Positions 28,384 to 40,753 of a DNA stretch of 64,000 bases are shown here, piece by piece. Each line of letters starts with the position of its first letter. Within the stretch, counting starts at the first letter, position 1. The DNA lies in the NCBI GenBank assembly GCA_963744995.1, contig CAVUWA010000001.1, positions 1-64,000 on the forward strand, read 5' to 3'. This DNA comes from Candidatus Eiseniibacteriota bacterium (lineage in GTDB: Bacteria; Eisenbacteria; RBG-16-71-46). A program made the position numbers and the translations under genes. The notes under the pieces were generated by a model, which was not told the DNA's origin, did not search any database, and saw only the letters and a list, made by a program, of their open reading frames with translations.

Positions 28384-29517
28384 ATGAAGCGCTGGGGGAT
28401 CATCGCGGCCATCGTCGTCGCCGTGTTCGTGCTGCTCAGGCTCACCGTATTCAGGACGAAACCGATCGAAGTGCAGGCGGCCGTCGCCGCCCGCGGCACG
28501 GTCGAGGACGTGGTCACCAACAGCCAGGCGGGCACGGTGCGCGCACGGCATCGCTCGAAGCTCGGCGCCGAACGTGCCGGCCGCGTGGTGGCCATCCCGC
28601 ATCGCGAGTCCGAGCGCGTGCACAAGGGTGAGGTGCTGGTGCAGCTCGACGCCTCGACCGCCAGGACGTCGCTCGATCTGGCGCGCCGCGAGCGCGACGT
28701 GCAGCGCGCCAACGCCGAGTCCGCGCGCGCCGCGTTCGAGCTCGCGAAACTCGAGCACGAGCGGGCGCAGAAGCTGCGCGCACAGGGGCTGATCTCGCAG
28801 GGCGAAATGGATCAGGCGCAATCCCACTATGACGAAGCGCGCGCCGCGCTCGACGCCGCCGACGCGGGCGCCGAACGCGCCACCGCCAGCGTACGCCTCG
28901 CCGAGGACGACCTCGCGCACATGCGGGTCACCGCGCCCTACGACGGCGTCATCGCGCAGCGGCTGGTCGAGGTCGGCGAATCCGTGGTGCCCGGCCAGCC
29001 GGTGCTGGAGATCGTCGCCCCGGACTCGCTCTACGTGACCGCACGCATCGACGAGGTCGACATCGGGCGACTGAAACCCGGGCTGCCGGCGCGCGTCACG
29101 CTCGATCCCTACCGCGGCATGACGTGGACCGGGCACGTGGCGCGCGTCTATCCGGTGGTCAACGACCAGCAGGAGCAGAACCGCACGCTCACCGTCGAGG
29201 TGAACATCGACCGCGCCCCCGACCTCCCGCAGCCGCTGCCCGGGACCTCGGCCGACATCGTGATCGTGCTCGACCGCCGCGAGGACGTGCTGCGCGTGCC
29301 GACCTTCGCGGTCATCGAAGGCCGCCGCGTGCTGGTGGTCGAACGCGGCAAGGCGGTCGAGCGCGACGTGAAGGTGGGGCTGCGCAACTGGCAGTGGACG
29401 GAAATCCAGAGCGGCCTCCAGCCGGGCGAGAAGGTGATCACCAACCTCGACAAGCAGGGGGTCAAGGCTGGAGCCCAGGTGAAGGCCGTCGCCGACACGA
29501 CGCTCGCACGGCCATGA
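28384..29517 (+). CDS. MacA/HlyD-type periplasmic adaptor of ABC exporter
   Basis: AGGAGG RBS, N-terminal TM, GRVVAI..E..RV.KGEVL, APYDGVI, IDEVDI. Confidence 0.9.
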   Translation: MKRWGIIAAIVVAVFVLLRLTVFRTKPIEVQAAVAARGTVEDVVTNSQAGTVRARHRSKLGAERAGRVVAIPHRESERVHKGEVLVQLDASTARTSLDLARRERDVQRANAESARAAFELAKLEHERAQKLRAQGLISQGEMDQAQSHYDEARAALDAADAGAERATASVRLAEDDLAHMRVTAPYDGVIAQRLVEVGESVVPGQPVLEIVAPDSLYVTARIDEVDIGRLKPGLPARVTLDPYRGMTWTGHVARVYPVVNDQQEQNRTLTVEVNIDRAPDLPQPLPGTSADIVIVLDRREDVLRVPTFAVIEGRRVLVVERGKAVERDVKVGLRNWQWTEIQSGLQPGEKVITNLDKQGVKAGAQVKAVADTTLARP

Positions 29518-30272
29518 ACGGGACGAAGGCTGACGGCGCGGTCATCGCGCTCGAGCACGTGAGCCGCGTCTACCCGGTCGGCGACACCCAGGTGCGGGCG
29601 CTCGACGACGTGTCACTCGAGGTCCGCCGCGGCGAATTCGTCGCGGTGATGGGTCCCTCCGGCTCGGGCAAATCGACGCTGCTGAACGTGCTCGGCTGCC
29701 TGGACACGCCCACGTCCGGACACTACCGCCTGGACGGCGAGGCGGTCGAAGCGCTCAGCGACGACCAGCTCGCCGACGTCCGCCAGCGCAAGATCAGCTT
29801 CGTCTTCCAGACGTTCCACCTCGTGCCGCGCATGACCGCCGCGCGCAACGTCGAGCTGCCGATGATCTTCGCCGGCGTCGAGCCGGATGCGCGCCGCGCC
29901 CGCGTCGAAAGGGCGCTCAAGCGCGTCGGTCTCGGCCACCGCATGGACCACCGCCCCGACCAGATGTCGGGCGGCGAACGCCAGCGCGTCGCCATCGCGC
30001 GCGCCGTGGTGATGGAGCCGAGCATCCTGCTCGCCGACGAGCCCACCGGAAACCTGGACTCGAAGTCCGGACAGGAGATCGTGGACCTGCTCAAGGAATT
30101 GAACGGGCAGGGCCTGTGCATCGTGCTCGTGACGCACGATCCCAACGTCGGCAATCAGGCGGAACGCGTCGTGCGCATGCGTGACGGCCGCATCGAATCC
30201 GACGCCGCCAACCGTTCGCAGGGCGGGGCGGGTGGTGACGCCACCGCGGCGCCGCAGGGCGGCGCGCCGTGA
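29514..30272 (+). CDS. ABC transporter ATP-binding protein (MacB/LolD type)
   Basis: Walker A GPSGSGKST, MSGGERQRVAIARA, LADEPTGNLD, VTHD. Confidence 0.95.
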   Translation: MNGTKADGAVIALEHVSRVYPVGDTQVRALDDVSLEVRRGEFVAVMGPSGSGKSTLLNVLGCLDTPTSGHYRLDGEAVEALSDDQLADVRQRKISFVFQTFHLVPRMTAARNVELPMIFAGVEPDARRARVERALKRVGLGHRMDHRPDQMSGGERQRVAIARAVVMEPSILLADEPTGNLDSKSGQEIVDLLKELNGQGLCIVLVTHDPNVGNQAERVVRMRDGRIESDAANRSQGGAGGDATAAPQGGAP

Positions 30273-31477
30273 AGCTCTCCGACCTGCTGCAGCTCGCGTT
30301 CGAGGCGCAGTGGCGCCATCACCTGCGCACCGCGCTCACGCTCGGCGGGATCGCGATCGGCGTCACCGCCGTGCTCGTGCTGACCGCGCTCGGCGAAGCG
30401 GCGAAGGGCTACGTCGTGAACGAGTTCGCCGGCATCGGCACCAACCTGGTGATCGTGCTGCCCGGCAGGACCGAAACCAGCGGCGGCATGCCGACGTTCG
30501 GCGGCACGACGCGCGACCTGACGATCGAAGACGCCGAGGCGCTGTTGCGCCAGGCCCCCGCGGTGCGGCGCGTGGCGCCGCTCTCGGCGGGTACCGCGCG
30601 CTTCAGCTACGAGGGCCGCTACCGCGACGTGCGCGTCATGGGTACGACCGCCGAATTCAAGGCGATCCGCGGTATCCAGATGCGGATCGGACAGTTCATC
30701 CCCCCCGGCGATCCGCGCGAGGGCGAGCCGGTGGTGGTGATCGGACCCAAGATCCAGGCCGCGATCTTTCCCGGCGAGAATCCGGTCGGCAAGCCCGTGC
30801 GGATCGGCGACTGGCGTTTCCGGGTGATCGGGGTCATGGAGGAGAAGGGCGAGTTCCTCGGCATCGACTTCGACGACATGGCGATCGTGCCGGTCACCAC
30901 GGGACTCCGGCTGTTCGACCAGACCTCGCTGTTCCGGATCTTCACCCAGGCGGCGAACGCCGAGGAGGTGCCGGCCGCCAGGGAGCAGATCCGCCGCGTG
31001 CTGATCGATCGCCACGACGGCGACGAGGACTTCACGATGGTCACGCAGGACGCCATGCTCGGCACGTTCCGCTCCGTGATCGACGCCCTGACGGCCGCGC
31101 TCGCCGGCATCGCCGCCATCTCGCTCGCGGTCGCCGGGATCGGCATCATGAACGTGATGCTGGTCTCGGTCTCCGAGCGCGCGAGCGAGGTCGGCCTGCT
31201 GAAAGCCCTCGGTGCGCGGCGCCGGCAGATCATGGGCGTGTTTCTCGCCGAGGCGCTGATGCTGTCGGGCTCGGGCGCGGCGCTCGGCGTGCTGGTGGGC
31301 GCGACGCTGGTGTGGATCGGGGCGGCGATCTTCCCCGACTTCCCGCTGGCCCCGAGCCCGCTGTGGATCGGCGTCGTGCTCGTGCTGGCGCTGGTCGCCG
31401 GCGCCGCGTTCGGAATCATGCCGGCGCGCCGTGCCGCGCGCCTCGCCGCCGCCGACGCGCTGCGCGGGAGCCATTGA
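30269..31477 (+). CDS. ABC transporter permease (MacB/FtsX family)
   Basis: LRTALTLGGIAIGV, GIGIMNVMLVSVSER..EVGLLKALGA, PARRAA. Confidence 0.92.
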   Translation: MKLSDLLQLAFEAQWRHHLRTALTLGGIAIGVTAVLVLTALGEAAKGYVVNEFAGIGTNLVIVLPGRTETSGGMPTFGGTTRDLTIEDAEALLRQAPAVRRVAPLSAGTARFSYEGRYRDVRVMGTTAEFKAIRGIQMRIGQFIPPGDPREGEPVVVIGPKIQAAIFPGENPVGKPVRIGDWRFRVIGVMEEKGEFLGIDFDDMAIVPVTTGLRLFDQTSLFRIFTQAANAEEVPAAREQIRRVLIDRHDGDEDFTMVTQDAMLGTFRSVIDALTAALAGIAAISLAVAGIGIMNVMLVSVSERASEVGLLKALGARRRQIMGVFLAEALMLSGSGAALGVLVGATLVWIGAAIFPDFPLAPSPLWIGVVLVLALVAGAAFGIMPARRAARLAAADALRGSH

Positions 31478-31478
31478 C

Positions 31479-32678
31479 GTGAGGTTCTCCGATCTCATCA
31501 GCCTCACCTTCGAGGCGCTGTCCTCGCACCGCCTGCGCTACGGACTCTCCGCGCTCGCGATCGCGGTCGGCGTCGCCGCCGTCGTGCTGCTCGCCTCGAT
31601 CGGCGAAGGCACGCGCCGCTACATCGTCGCCCAGATGTCGCAGTTCGGCTCGACGATCGTCGGCATCAATCCCGGCCGGATCGAGACCGGCGGCATTCCC
31701 GGCACCCTGTCCAGCCACAGGAAGCTCACGCTCCAGGACGCGCGCGCGCTGCGGCGCATTCCGGCGGTGACCGGCACCGTGGCGATGTCGGTGGGCAGCG
31801 CCGAAGTCCAGTTTCAGGGGCTGAGCCGCCAGGTCTACGTGTACGGCGTGACCTCCGACCTGCCGCGCGTCTGGCTGATGCCCGTGGCAGTCGGCGAATT
31901 CATCCCCGAGATGGACTACGAGAGCGGCTCCGCCGTGATCGTGCTCGGCCCCAAGCTCAAGCGCGAGCTGTTCGGCAGCGCGAACCCGCTCGGCGAGCCC
32001 GTGCGCGTCGGCGACGCGCGTTTCCGCGTGATCGGCGTGATGGAATCCAAGGGCGAGTTCCTGGGTTTCGATCTCGACGACGCCGCGTACATCCCGATCG
32101 CGAACGCCATGCGTCTGTTCAACCGTCCCGAGGTGGACGAGATCGATCTGCTGGTCGCCTCGCCCGACGACATCGATCCCGTCGCCGACCGCACGCGCGC
32201 GATGCTCATCGACCGCCACGACGGCGACGAGGATTTCACGATCACCACGCAGCTGGAAGCGATGGCGATGATCAACCGGATCCTCGGCATCATCAGCGCC
32301 GTCGTCACCGCGATCGCCGGGATCAGCCTGCTGGTCGGCGCGATCGGAATCCTGACCATCATGTGGATCGTGGTGCAGGAGCGCGTGAACGAGATCGGGC
32401 TGGTGAAGGCGATCGGCGCACACCGGCACCAGATCCTGATCTGGTACCTGTTCGAGGCCGCGGTCACCGCGCTCGCCGGTGGCGTTGCGGGCCTCTTGAT
32501 CGGCATGGGCGGCGCATGGCTGCTGCAGGCGGTGATCCCCGGGCTCTCGGTCTACGTGCCGATGTGGGTCGTGCTCGCCGCGCTCGGCATGGCGCTCGGC
32601 GTCGGTCTCGCCGCCGGCGTCGCCCCCGCGCGCAGGGCGGCGGGGCTGGATCCGGTGGACGCGCTCAGGGCGGAGTAG
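31479..32678 (+). CDS. ABC transporter permease (MacB/FtsX family), paralog
   Basis: GTG start; ISLLVGAIGILTIM..V.ERVNEIGLVKAIGA, PARRAAGLDPVDALRAE. Confidence 0.92.
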   Translation: MRFSDLISLTFEALSSHRLRYGLSALAIAVGVAAVVLLASIGEGTRRYIVAQMSQFGSTIVGINPGRIETGGIPGTLSSHRKLTLQDARALRRIPAVTGTVAMSVGSAEVQFQGLSRQVYVYGVTSDLPRVWLMPVAVGEFIPEMDYESGSAVIVLGPKLKRELFGSANPLGEPVRVGDARFRVIGVMESKGEFLGFDLDDAAYIPIANAMRLFNRPEVDEIDLLVASPDDIDPVADRTRAMLIDRHDGDEDFTITTQLEAMAMINRILGIISAVVTAIAGISLLVGAIGILTIMWIVVQERVNEIGLVKAIGAHRHQILIWYLFEAAVTALAGGVAGLLIGMGGAWLLQAVIPGLSVYVPMWVVLAALGMALGVGLAAGVAPARRAAGLDPVDALRAE

Positions 32679-32750
32679 CGGAGCCCTCGAGCCGGCGCCG
32701 GCCCTGCCGGAGATCGACGCCGGGCCTCCGCCCGCCCCTCGACGTCCCGC

Positions 32751-34010
32751 TCACCGGTGACGCGCCCTTTCCAGCGCCGCCTCGATCGACACGTGCGAGC
32801 GCATCAGCGCCTCCAGCACGGCCTCGCGCTGGCGCCGCGTCACGGGCATGCCGGCCTCCGGCGCACGCTCCTCGAGGTGTTTCCAGAGGACCGCCTTCAC
32901 CGCATCGGGCAGCACGCTGTCCAGGTACTCGAGCGCGAGCCCGCGCAGCGCGGGATCACCGGTCTGCAACCCCCGGAACGCGATGCCGAGCGGCTCGACC
33001 GGCAGTACCAGCGCGAGCAGCGTGAACACGTGCTCGAGACTCCGCCCGGCACGCTCGCGCACCACGGCGTCGAACGGGGCCTGCGCTTCGGGCGTGTCCT
33101 CCATCTGCTCGAGCAACCGGCGCGAGTTCCACATCGAGCGTTCGACGCGCGCCTCGCGGCGCACGATGTCGAACACCAGATCGGGCTCGATGCGCCATCC
33201 GGGGTCGGAGGCGCGCATCCGCGCGAGGACGCGGCCGCAGCGGTAGCGCACTTCGAAGCGGCCGTCGCGCAGACCCTCGATCAGTCCCTCGACCGCGCGC
33301 GACGCCGTGCAGCCGGCGAGCGCCGCCGGCAACCGCCGTCGCACGGTGAAGCCGGTCCCCGGGTCGAGCAGCGCATCCACCAGGGGTCCGGGATCCGCCT
33401 GCGACACGCGGCGCAGCGCGAGGATCGCGTCGCGGGCGACCTCGTCCCATGCGAGCAGTCCGATCGCCTCCGGGACGAGCACGGGGTCGAGCGCCGGCGT
33501 GCGCGCCAGCACGGCGCGCACGCGAGCGGGGTCGCCCGAGCGCAGATCGTCGAGCGGCGTCGCATCGGCCCCCGGCGGACCGGTCCCCGCGCGGGGCCTG
33601 GATGCCTGCGCCGTCGCATCACCCGGCCCCGTGGTGCGCGGCTCCGCCCCCGGGTGCACGGGCCCCACGGCCACGCCGCTGCCCGTCCCGTACAGCGTCC
33701 GCGCGCCGGTCCAGTCGGGGAGCTCGACCGATTCGAGCCCTTCGGCCTCCGCGACGAGCCCGGCTTCGAGCGAAGCGACGTACCCGTGGGAGAGGCGCGC
33801 AACCAGCGCCAGAGTGGCGAGCGCGAACGCCACCACCAGCGCCAGCAGGGCGGCGGTCGTCCATCCCACGTGCAGGGCCAGCACCAGCAGCACGAGCCCG
33901 GCCCCGACGAGATCCCCGAGGCGGTCGAAGCCGACGTCGATGATGGCCTTGGTCGCGCGTTTCTCAGCGACGGGAATCGGGTTGTAGAGCAGCTCGCTCC
34001 CGCCCCTCGA
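32751..34010 (-). pseudogene. 5'-truncated Npt/TLC-like MFS transporter-HEAT repeat protein
   Basis: Begins at ELLYNPIP..KRATKAIIDVGFDRLGD plus 2 TM helices (end of the MFS domain), then HEAT repeats. The N-terminal TM domain is missing. Confidence 0.65.
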
Positions 34011-34037
34011 CCCGACGATGCCACGGCCAGCCGGCAC

Positions 34038-35648
34038 GTGACGCTGGTGCCGCCCGGCCGCGGCGCGGCGGGCGCGGGCCCCGGCGATTCGGGCTCACTG
34101 CCGCGCGACCTCATGGAACAGGTGCGCGGGCGCCTCGGGCTGATTGCCCTGCTGCTGTTCATCGCGTTCGCGTTCGACCCGCTGATGCTGCTCGGGCGCT
34201 GGATTTACGCGCAGGCCGTCGGAACGCCGCTCGAGGCGGAGGCGTCGACTTCGCCGGCTTTCCTCGCGCTCAGCCTGACGGCGGCGGCGGCTTCGCTGGC
34301 GGTGTGGTGGATGGCGCAACGCCGCGACGTTCCCGCCGCACGGCTCCACACGCTGGGGCTCGTCTACGAGGCGGCAACGTGCTTCGTGGTGGCAGTGAGC
34401 AGCAACTGGCAGCAGTGGATCGACGAATCCACGCTGCCGCATCTGACCTGGGTGCCGACGATCGTCATCCTGTTCCCGCTGATCCTCCCCGGGCCACCAC
34501 GCCGCATGCTGCTCGCGAGCCTCGTCGCCGGGGCGATGGCGCCCCTCGCGCTGCTGGTGCTGGCCGCGAGCGGCCGCATCGAAGCGCATGGCGAAGCCTA
34601 CGCGTCGGCTGTCGTCGCCTCGACCTTCGCGGTGATCTTCGCCTCGATGGGCGCGCGCGTGATCTACCGGCTCGGGCGCGATGTGGTCGCGGCGCGCGAA
34701 CTCGGCAGCTACCATCTCGAGGAGCTGCTCGGCCGCGGCGGGATGGGCGAGGTGTGGCGGGCGCACCACCGCCTGCTCGCGCGCCCCGCCGCGATCAAGC
34801 TGATCCAGTACCCCGGTGCGGCCGGCACGCGCGCGAGCGTCTCGGAGGAGGTTCTGCGGCGCTTCGAGCGCGAAGCACGGGCGACCGCGAGCCTGCGTTC
34901 GCCGCACACGGTGAACGTATTCGACTTCGGCGTCACCGAGGACGGTTCCTTCTACTACGTGATGGAGTTGCTGGAGGGTCTCGATGCGAACACGCTGGTC
35001 CGGCGCTTCGGCCCCGTTCCCGCGGCGCGCGCGGTCCACCTGATCGGCCAGGTCTGCCACTCCCTTTCGGAGGCCGAGTCGCGCGGTCTGGTGCATCGCG
35101 ACATCAAGCCGGCCAACGTCTTCGTCTGCCGCTACGGCGAAGACGTCGACTTCGTGAAGGTGCTCGACTTCGGGCTCGTCAAGGCGCTCGCCGACGCGCG
35201 CGACGGAGCCGCGGATCTGACCGCGGAGAACGCGATCCACGGAACACCGGCCTTCATGTCGCCCGAGCAGGCGCTCGGTCGCCTGGAGCTCGATCATCGC
35301 GTCGACATTTACGCGACCGGCTGCCTCGCCTACTGGCTGCTCACCGGCGAGCTGGTATTCGAGGCGCCGAGCCCCACGGCGCTGCTCGTCCACCACGCTC
35401 ACACGCCACCGCCGCCGCCCTCCACGCGCACCGAGCTGCCGATCCCCGAAGCGCTCGACCGGCTCGTTCTGGAATGCCTGGAAAAGGACCCCGTGCGGCG
35501 TCCGGCGTCTGCGCGCGATCTCGCGCGGCGGCTGGCGGAAACCGTGCCGGCGGACGGGTGGACCGAGGCACACGCACAGGAGTGGTGGGCGCAGCACCAG
35601 CCGGCGCGAGCCCGCGTGCCCGCGCTCGCGCGTCCGGCGGCACCGTGA
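34038..35648 (+). CDS. Membrane-anchored Hanks-type Ser/Thr protein kinase
   Basis: About 6 TM helices, then LGRGGMGEVW, AAIKLI, HRDIKPAN, VKVLDFGL, GTPAFMSPE, DIYATG. Start uncertain. Confidence 0.92.
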   Translation: MTLVPPGRGAAGAGPGDSGSLPRDLMEQVRGRLGLIALLLFIAFAFDPLMLLGRWIYAQAVGTPLEAEASTSPAFLALSLTAAAASLAVWWMAQRRDVPAARLHTLGLVYEAATCFVVAVSSNWQQWIDESTLPHLTWVPTIVILFPLILPGPPRRMLLASLVAGAMAPLALLVLAASGRIEAHGEAYASAVVASTFAVIFASMGARVIYRLGRDVVAARELGSYHLEELLGRGGMGEVWRAHHRLLARPAAIKLIQYPGAAGTRASVSEEVLRRFEREARATASLRSPHTVNVFDFGVTEDGSFYYVMELLEGLDANTLVRRFGPVPAARAVHLIGQVCHSLSEAESRGLVHRDIKPANVFVCRYGEDVDFVKVLDFGLVKALADARDGAADLTAENAIHGTPAFMSPEQALGRLELDHRVDIYATGCLAYWLLTGELVFEAPSPTALLVHHAHTPPPPPSTRTELPIPEALDRLVLECLEKDPVRRPASARDLARRLAETVPADGWTEAHAQEWWAQHQPARARVPALARPAAP

Positions 35649-35685
35649 GGCTGTCACCGAGCGCGCGCCGCGCACGGGCGATCGC

Positions 35686-36297
35686 TCAGATCGCCCGCTT
35701 CCGATACTTCCAGTTGCGCTGCTTGCCTTCGCTCAGCCACTCGACCGCGGTCGCCACGCGGCGGCGCCGCGTCGCTTCGGTCTTCGCCTCGCTGACCCAC
35801 TCGATGTACTCACGCCGCTGTGCGACGCTGAAGCCGTTGTAGCTGGCCAGCGCGCGCTGGTCCTTTTCGAGCGCGGCCATGAGGAACGGCGGCGTCCGCA
35901 ATTCGGGCCTCGGCTTCGCGCGGTGCAGCCGTACCCCGGCCTCGTTGAGGAGCACGGCGCGCTTGATGAGCGAGATCAGCGTACGCTCGGCGGGCAGGTC
36001 TTCGACGCGCCGAATTCTGCCGAAGTGCCCCATCGCCTTCTCCCCCGTACCGCCGGGCGCCGCCTCGCCGCCGAAGAGCAGCTGCCCCTTCCACAGCGAG
36101 AGCACGGCGTGCTCCTTGAACGCTGCGAAGTGCGCGAGCGGCCCTTCGTAGTCGAAGGCCGGCATGCCCCACTTCATGGTCTCGGCCACGCCGGGGCACG
36201 CCCTGTGGATCACGCGGCGCAGGTGCGTGAGGATCGGTCGTGCGAACGGCGCGGCGCTCTCGATGTAGGCGTCGACGCGGGGGTCCTGCTTCGCCAT
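35686..36297 (-). CDS. YdeI/OmpD-associated family protein (DUF1801 + OmdA)
   Basis: DPRVDAYI, ETMKWGMP, AAFKEH, REYIEWVSEAKTEATR.RR, EGKQRNWKY; GAGGAGG RBS. Confidence 0.9.
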   Translation of the reverse strand: MAKQDPRVDAYIESAAPFARPILTHLRRVIHRACPGVAETMKWGMPAFDYEGPLAHFAAFKEHAVLSLWKGQLLFGGEAAPGGTGEKAMGHFGRIRRVEDLPAERTLISLIKRAVLLNEAGVRLHRAKPRPELRTPPFLMAALEKDQRALASYNGFSVAQRREYIEWVSEAKTEATRRRRVATAVEWLSEGKQRNWKYRKRAI

Positions 36298-36375
36298 GGC
36301 GATCATCCTCCTCTCGCGGGGATCGATTCGGAGGATAACGCATGGGGGAAGGGGGTCGGATGGGGAAAGACAGGA

Positions 36376-36405
36376 GGCGCGGCCACGGGCTCGGGGGCCG
36401 CACCC
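36376..36405 (-). terminator. Hairpin with pyrimidine tail downstream of the sigma54-like promoter
   Basis: Minus strand GGTGCGGCC-loop-GGCCGCGCC followed by TCCTGTCTTT. Confidence 0.4.
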
Positions 36406-36599
36406 GAGTGGTTCCGCAACCGACGCCTCCAGGTCCATGACGCTTTTTCTTCGGCCGGTCGTGACCGCACCGCACGCAGCCGCTGGCGCGTGGCGCGCAC
36501 ACGATGTTGGGCAGGGTTGCCGAGCCCGTCGCGACACGAATCACGCCGGCCACGCCGCTCGATTGGGGGAAAGACCGGGCAGCGACTGTCGGAGCAAGG

Positions 36600-36616
36600 C
36601 GCAAGAGGCATGCCTC
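36600..36616 (-). promoter_or_regulatory. Putative sigma54 -24/-12 promoter
   Basis: Minus strand GAGGCATGCCTCTTGCG = GG-N10-GC with TTGC, divergent from a GAFTGA activator; AGG instead of consensus TGG. Confidence 0.6.
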
Positions 36617-36739
36617 GACACGCCGCAACGAGTTACGCGCAGAGACGAGACGAACTGGAGCGAAATGCTACAGTTTTCGCGCCGCAGATGGGACAGTTGC
36701 AATTGCTGCGATGCGCGCTGCGGCGTACTCTCCAGCCGC

Positions 36740-38647
<1,908 letters not shown>

Positions 38648-38692
38648 CTGGCGCAGCCGCGCGCCGCGGCCTGCGGTTACGCCCATCACGCC

Positions 38693-38724
38693 GCACGCCG
38701 CCGCCCCGGAGGGCGGCGGCGTGC
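38693..38724. terminator. 14-bp hairpin between convergent genes
   Basis: GCACGCCGCCGCCC-CGGA-GGGCGGCGGCGTGC. Confidence 0.6.
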
Positions 38725-38742
38725 ACGGCACCGCGGCGCGGC

Positions 38743-40533
38743 CTACTTCGCGGCCATTTGCGGCGCGACGAACTCCTCCATCACGACCTTGTCGAGCAAC
38801 TCGACGGGCAGCATGCCCTGGGCGAGCACGAAGTCGTTGAACTTCCTGCGGTCGAAGTGCTTCCCGAGTGCGAGCTCCGCCTTGGCGCGGGTCTCGAGCA
38901 GCTGCGAGTAGCCGACGAAGTACGACGGCGCCTGGCCCGGCGCGCGGAAGGTATAGCGCTCGACTTCCTGCAGGGCCATCGGCTGGCTCAGGCACACGTC
39001 GTCGCGCAGCACCCGCATCGCTTCATCACGGGTGACGAGACCGAGCTGCAGGCCCGGATCGAGCACCGCGCGCGCCGCGCGCAGCAGACGGTGCTGCAGG
39101 GCGATCAGCTGCCCGTCGATCGGCTCGTAGGGCTGCAGCTCGGCCTCGGCGTACAGCCCCCAGCCTTCGACGTTCACGCTGTTGAGCGAGAACAGGCCGC
39201 GCGCGAGCGAGACGCCGTTCTCGAGCATCTTCGAAAACTGCAGCTCGTGGCCGGGACGCGCCTCGTGCGCGGTGAGCGTCCACGACGCCGCCTCGAACGT
39301 GAAGTCGTCGAAGGACTGCTCCTTTCCCGAGGCATCGGGTGCCGTGAGCGGCAGCATGAACTTGGCCGGCTGGCCGGTATTGCCGATCAGCGGCGGCGGC
39401 GACAGGTGCGGCGCGGGGATCGCCGCGGTCTCCGCGGCGGCACTGAGCTCGATCACCGCGTCGCGCTCGGGCAGCGTGCAGATGTTCTCGCGCCGGATGA
39501 TGTCTTCGATCTCCTTCAGCCGGTTCCGGTAGTAGGGCAGAATCGCCTCGCCGGTGAGCTGGTCCTTCTTGAGCGCCTTGATCACGTCGCGATAGTCGGT
39601 GTCCGCCCAGCCGTGCTCCCCGGCCACCAGGATCGCCATCGACTGCATCTGGTTCTGCAGCTCGCGGAACGCGACGCGCGCCCGGCTCATGATCTCGGCC
39701 GGCGGCATGGTGTCGCCGTAGTCGCGCAGCGCGAGCTGGTAGAGCTTCTCCGGCTGGCGGAAGTCGGTGCGCGCCTGGGGCAGGATCTCCGTGCGCACGA
39801 AGTCGTCGTAGGCGGCGAGCTGTTTGCGCAGCGCGCCGAGCGGCTTCTTGTAGTCCTTGACGTCGAACTTCGTGCACAGCTCCCCGATCCCGTCGACGAA
39901 GGTCTTGCTGTCGGTGAGGTCGCGCTCGACCTCGGCCTTCACCGGCGGCAGCAGGCCCATGTTCATGCGCTCGCGCATCCGCGCCTCGGCGAGCTCGGCG
40001 AACGGGCGGTAGCCCTTCTCGAGGCCGGCGTAGCGGTTGAGACGCACGATGGCGGCCTTGCGGCGCTCGGCCGGGATACGCTCGTCGAGCAGCCCTTTGA
40101 TACCCATGTACACGACCTGCGTCACGCTGAAGTACGGCTGAACCAGTTCGTGCTGGACCTGGTTCGATTCGCTCTGCTTGTCGATCTGATCCAGCAGGAT
40201 CTGGAGATCCTGCCGGACGCGCGGGTCCGTCTCCGCCGCGAGCCGCTTCTCCATCTCCTCGCGTGCCGTCTTCACGGCGGCCATGTTCCGCTCGTAGATG
40301 CCCGGGCTGAGATCGGTGATCTGCTCGTCGTAGCCGGGAACGCCGAACTGCCCCGCGCTCTCGGGACTCAGCCTGGCGAACAGGTCGAGCAGCACCTGCG
40401 CGTGGGCGTTGCTCTTCTGCACCCATTCGGGCGGCGCCTCGGGCTGCGCCAGCGCCGGCAGCGCGAGCGTGAGGGTTGCCGCCAGCGCGAGCAGCACGGC
40501 CGGCAGGCGGCGGAACGGACGGACGAATGACAT
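38743..40533 (-). CDS. DUF885 family exported protein
   Basis: Signal peptide; AHEARPGHELQ, EGWGLYAE, EVERY..PGQAPSY..G. Confidence 0.9.
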   Translation of the reverse strand: MSFVRPFRRLPAVLLALAATLTLALPALAQPEAPPEWVQKSNAHAQVLLDLFARLSPESAGQFGVPGYDEQITDLSPGIYERNMAAVKTAREEMEKRLAAETDPRVRQDLQILLDQIDKQSESNQVQHELVQPYFSVTQVVYMGIKGLLDERIPAERRKAAIVRLNRYAGLEKGYRPFAELAEARMRERMNMGLLPPVKAEVERDLTDSKTFVDGIGELCTKFDVKDYKKPLGALRKQLAAYDDFVRTEILPQARTDFRQPEKLYQLALRDYGDTMPPAEIMSRARVAFRELQNQMQSMAILVAGEHGWADTDYRDVIKALKKDQLTGEAILPYYRNRLKEIEDIIRRENICTLPERDAVIELSAAAETAAIPAPHLSPPPLIGNTGQPAKFMLPLTAPDASGKEQSFDDFTFEAASWTLTAHEARPGHELQFSKMLENGVSLARGLFSLNSVNVEGWGLYAEAELQPYEPIDGQLIALQHRLLRAARAVLDPGLQLGLVTRDEAMRVLRDDVCLSQPMALQEVERYTFRAPGQAPSYFVGYSQLLETRAKAELALGKHFDRRKFNDFVLAQGMLPVELLDKVVMEEFVAPQMAAK

Positions 40534-40753
40534 GGGGTGACCTCCCGGTGGGCAATGTGGATCGGTGTCGGCGAATGCGTGGACTCTACGCGGTGAACCG
40601 GACCGGGGTTGCGCGCATCCACCGGAGCGGCGGATCGGGCGACGAACGCGGTGGGCGTGCCCGCGGCCGCCACGCGCGCCGCGTGCGGGCCCGCCGCCCT
40701 CCCCGGCGCGCGCGGTTTGCATGCGCACCCGGCACCGCGCCAGAATGGCCGCG

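Noticed and set aside
28050..28384. GC-rich hairpins in longer intergenic regions (also 44766-45032) as possible riboswitches
   Set aside because: No recognisable aptamer consensus; hairpins are expected by chance at this GC content.
30269..32678. Shared DNA stretches between the two ABC permeases (e.g. the region encoding LIDRHDGDEDFT)
   Set aside because: Ordinary tandem paralogy in MacB-type systems, not a repeat element.
32757..34037. Long N-terminal extension of the Ser/Thr kinase ORF (963 aa)
   Set aside because: It is the antisense of the HEAT-repeat gene.
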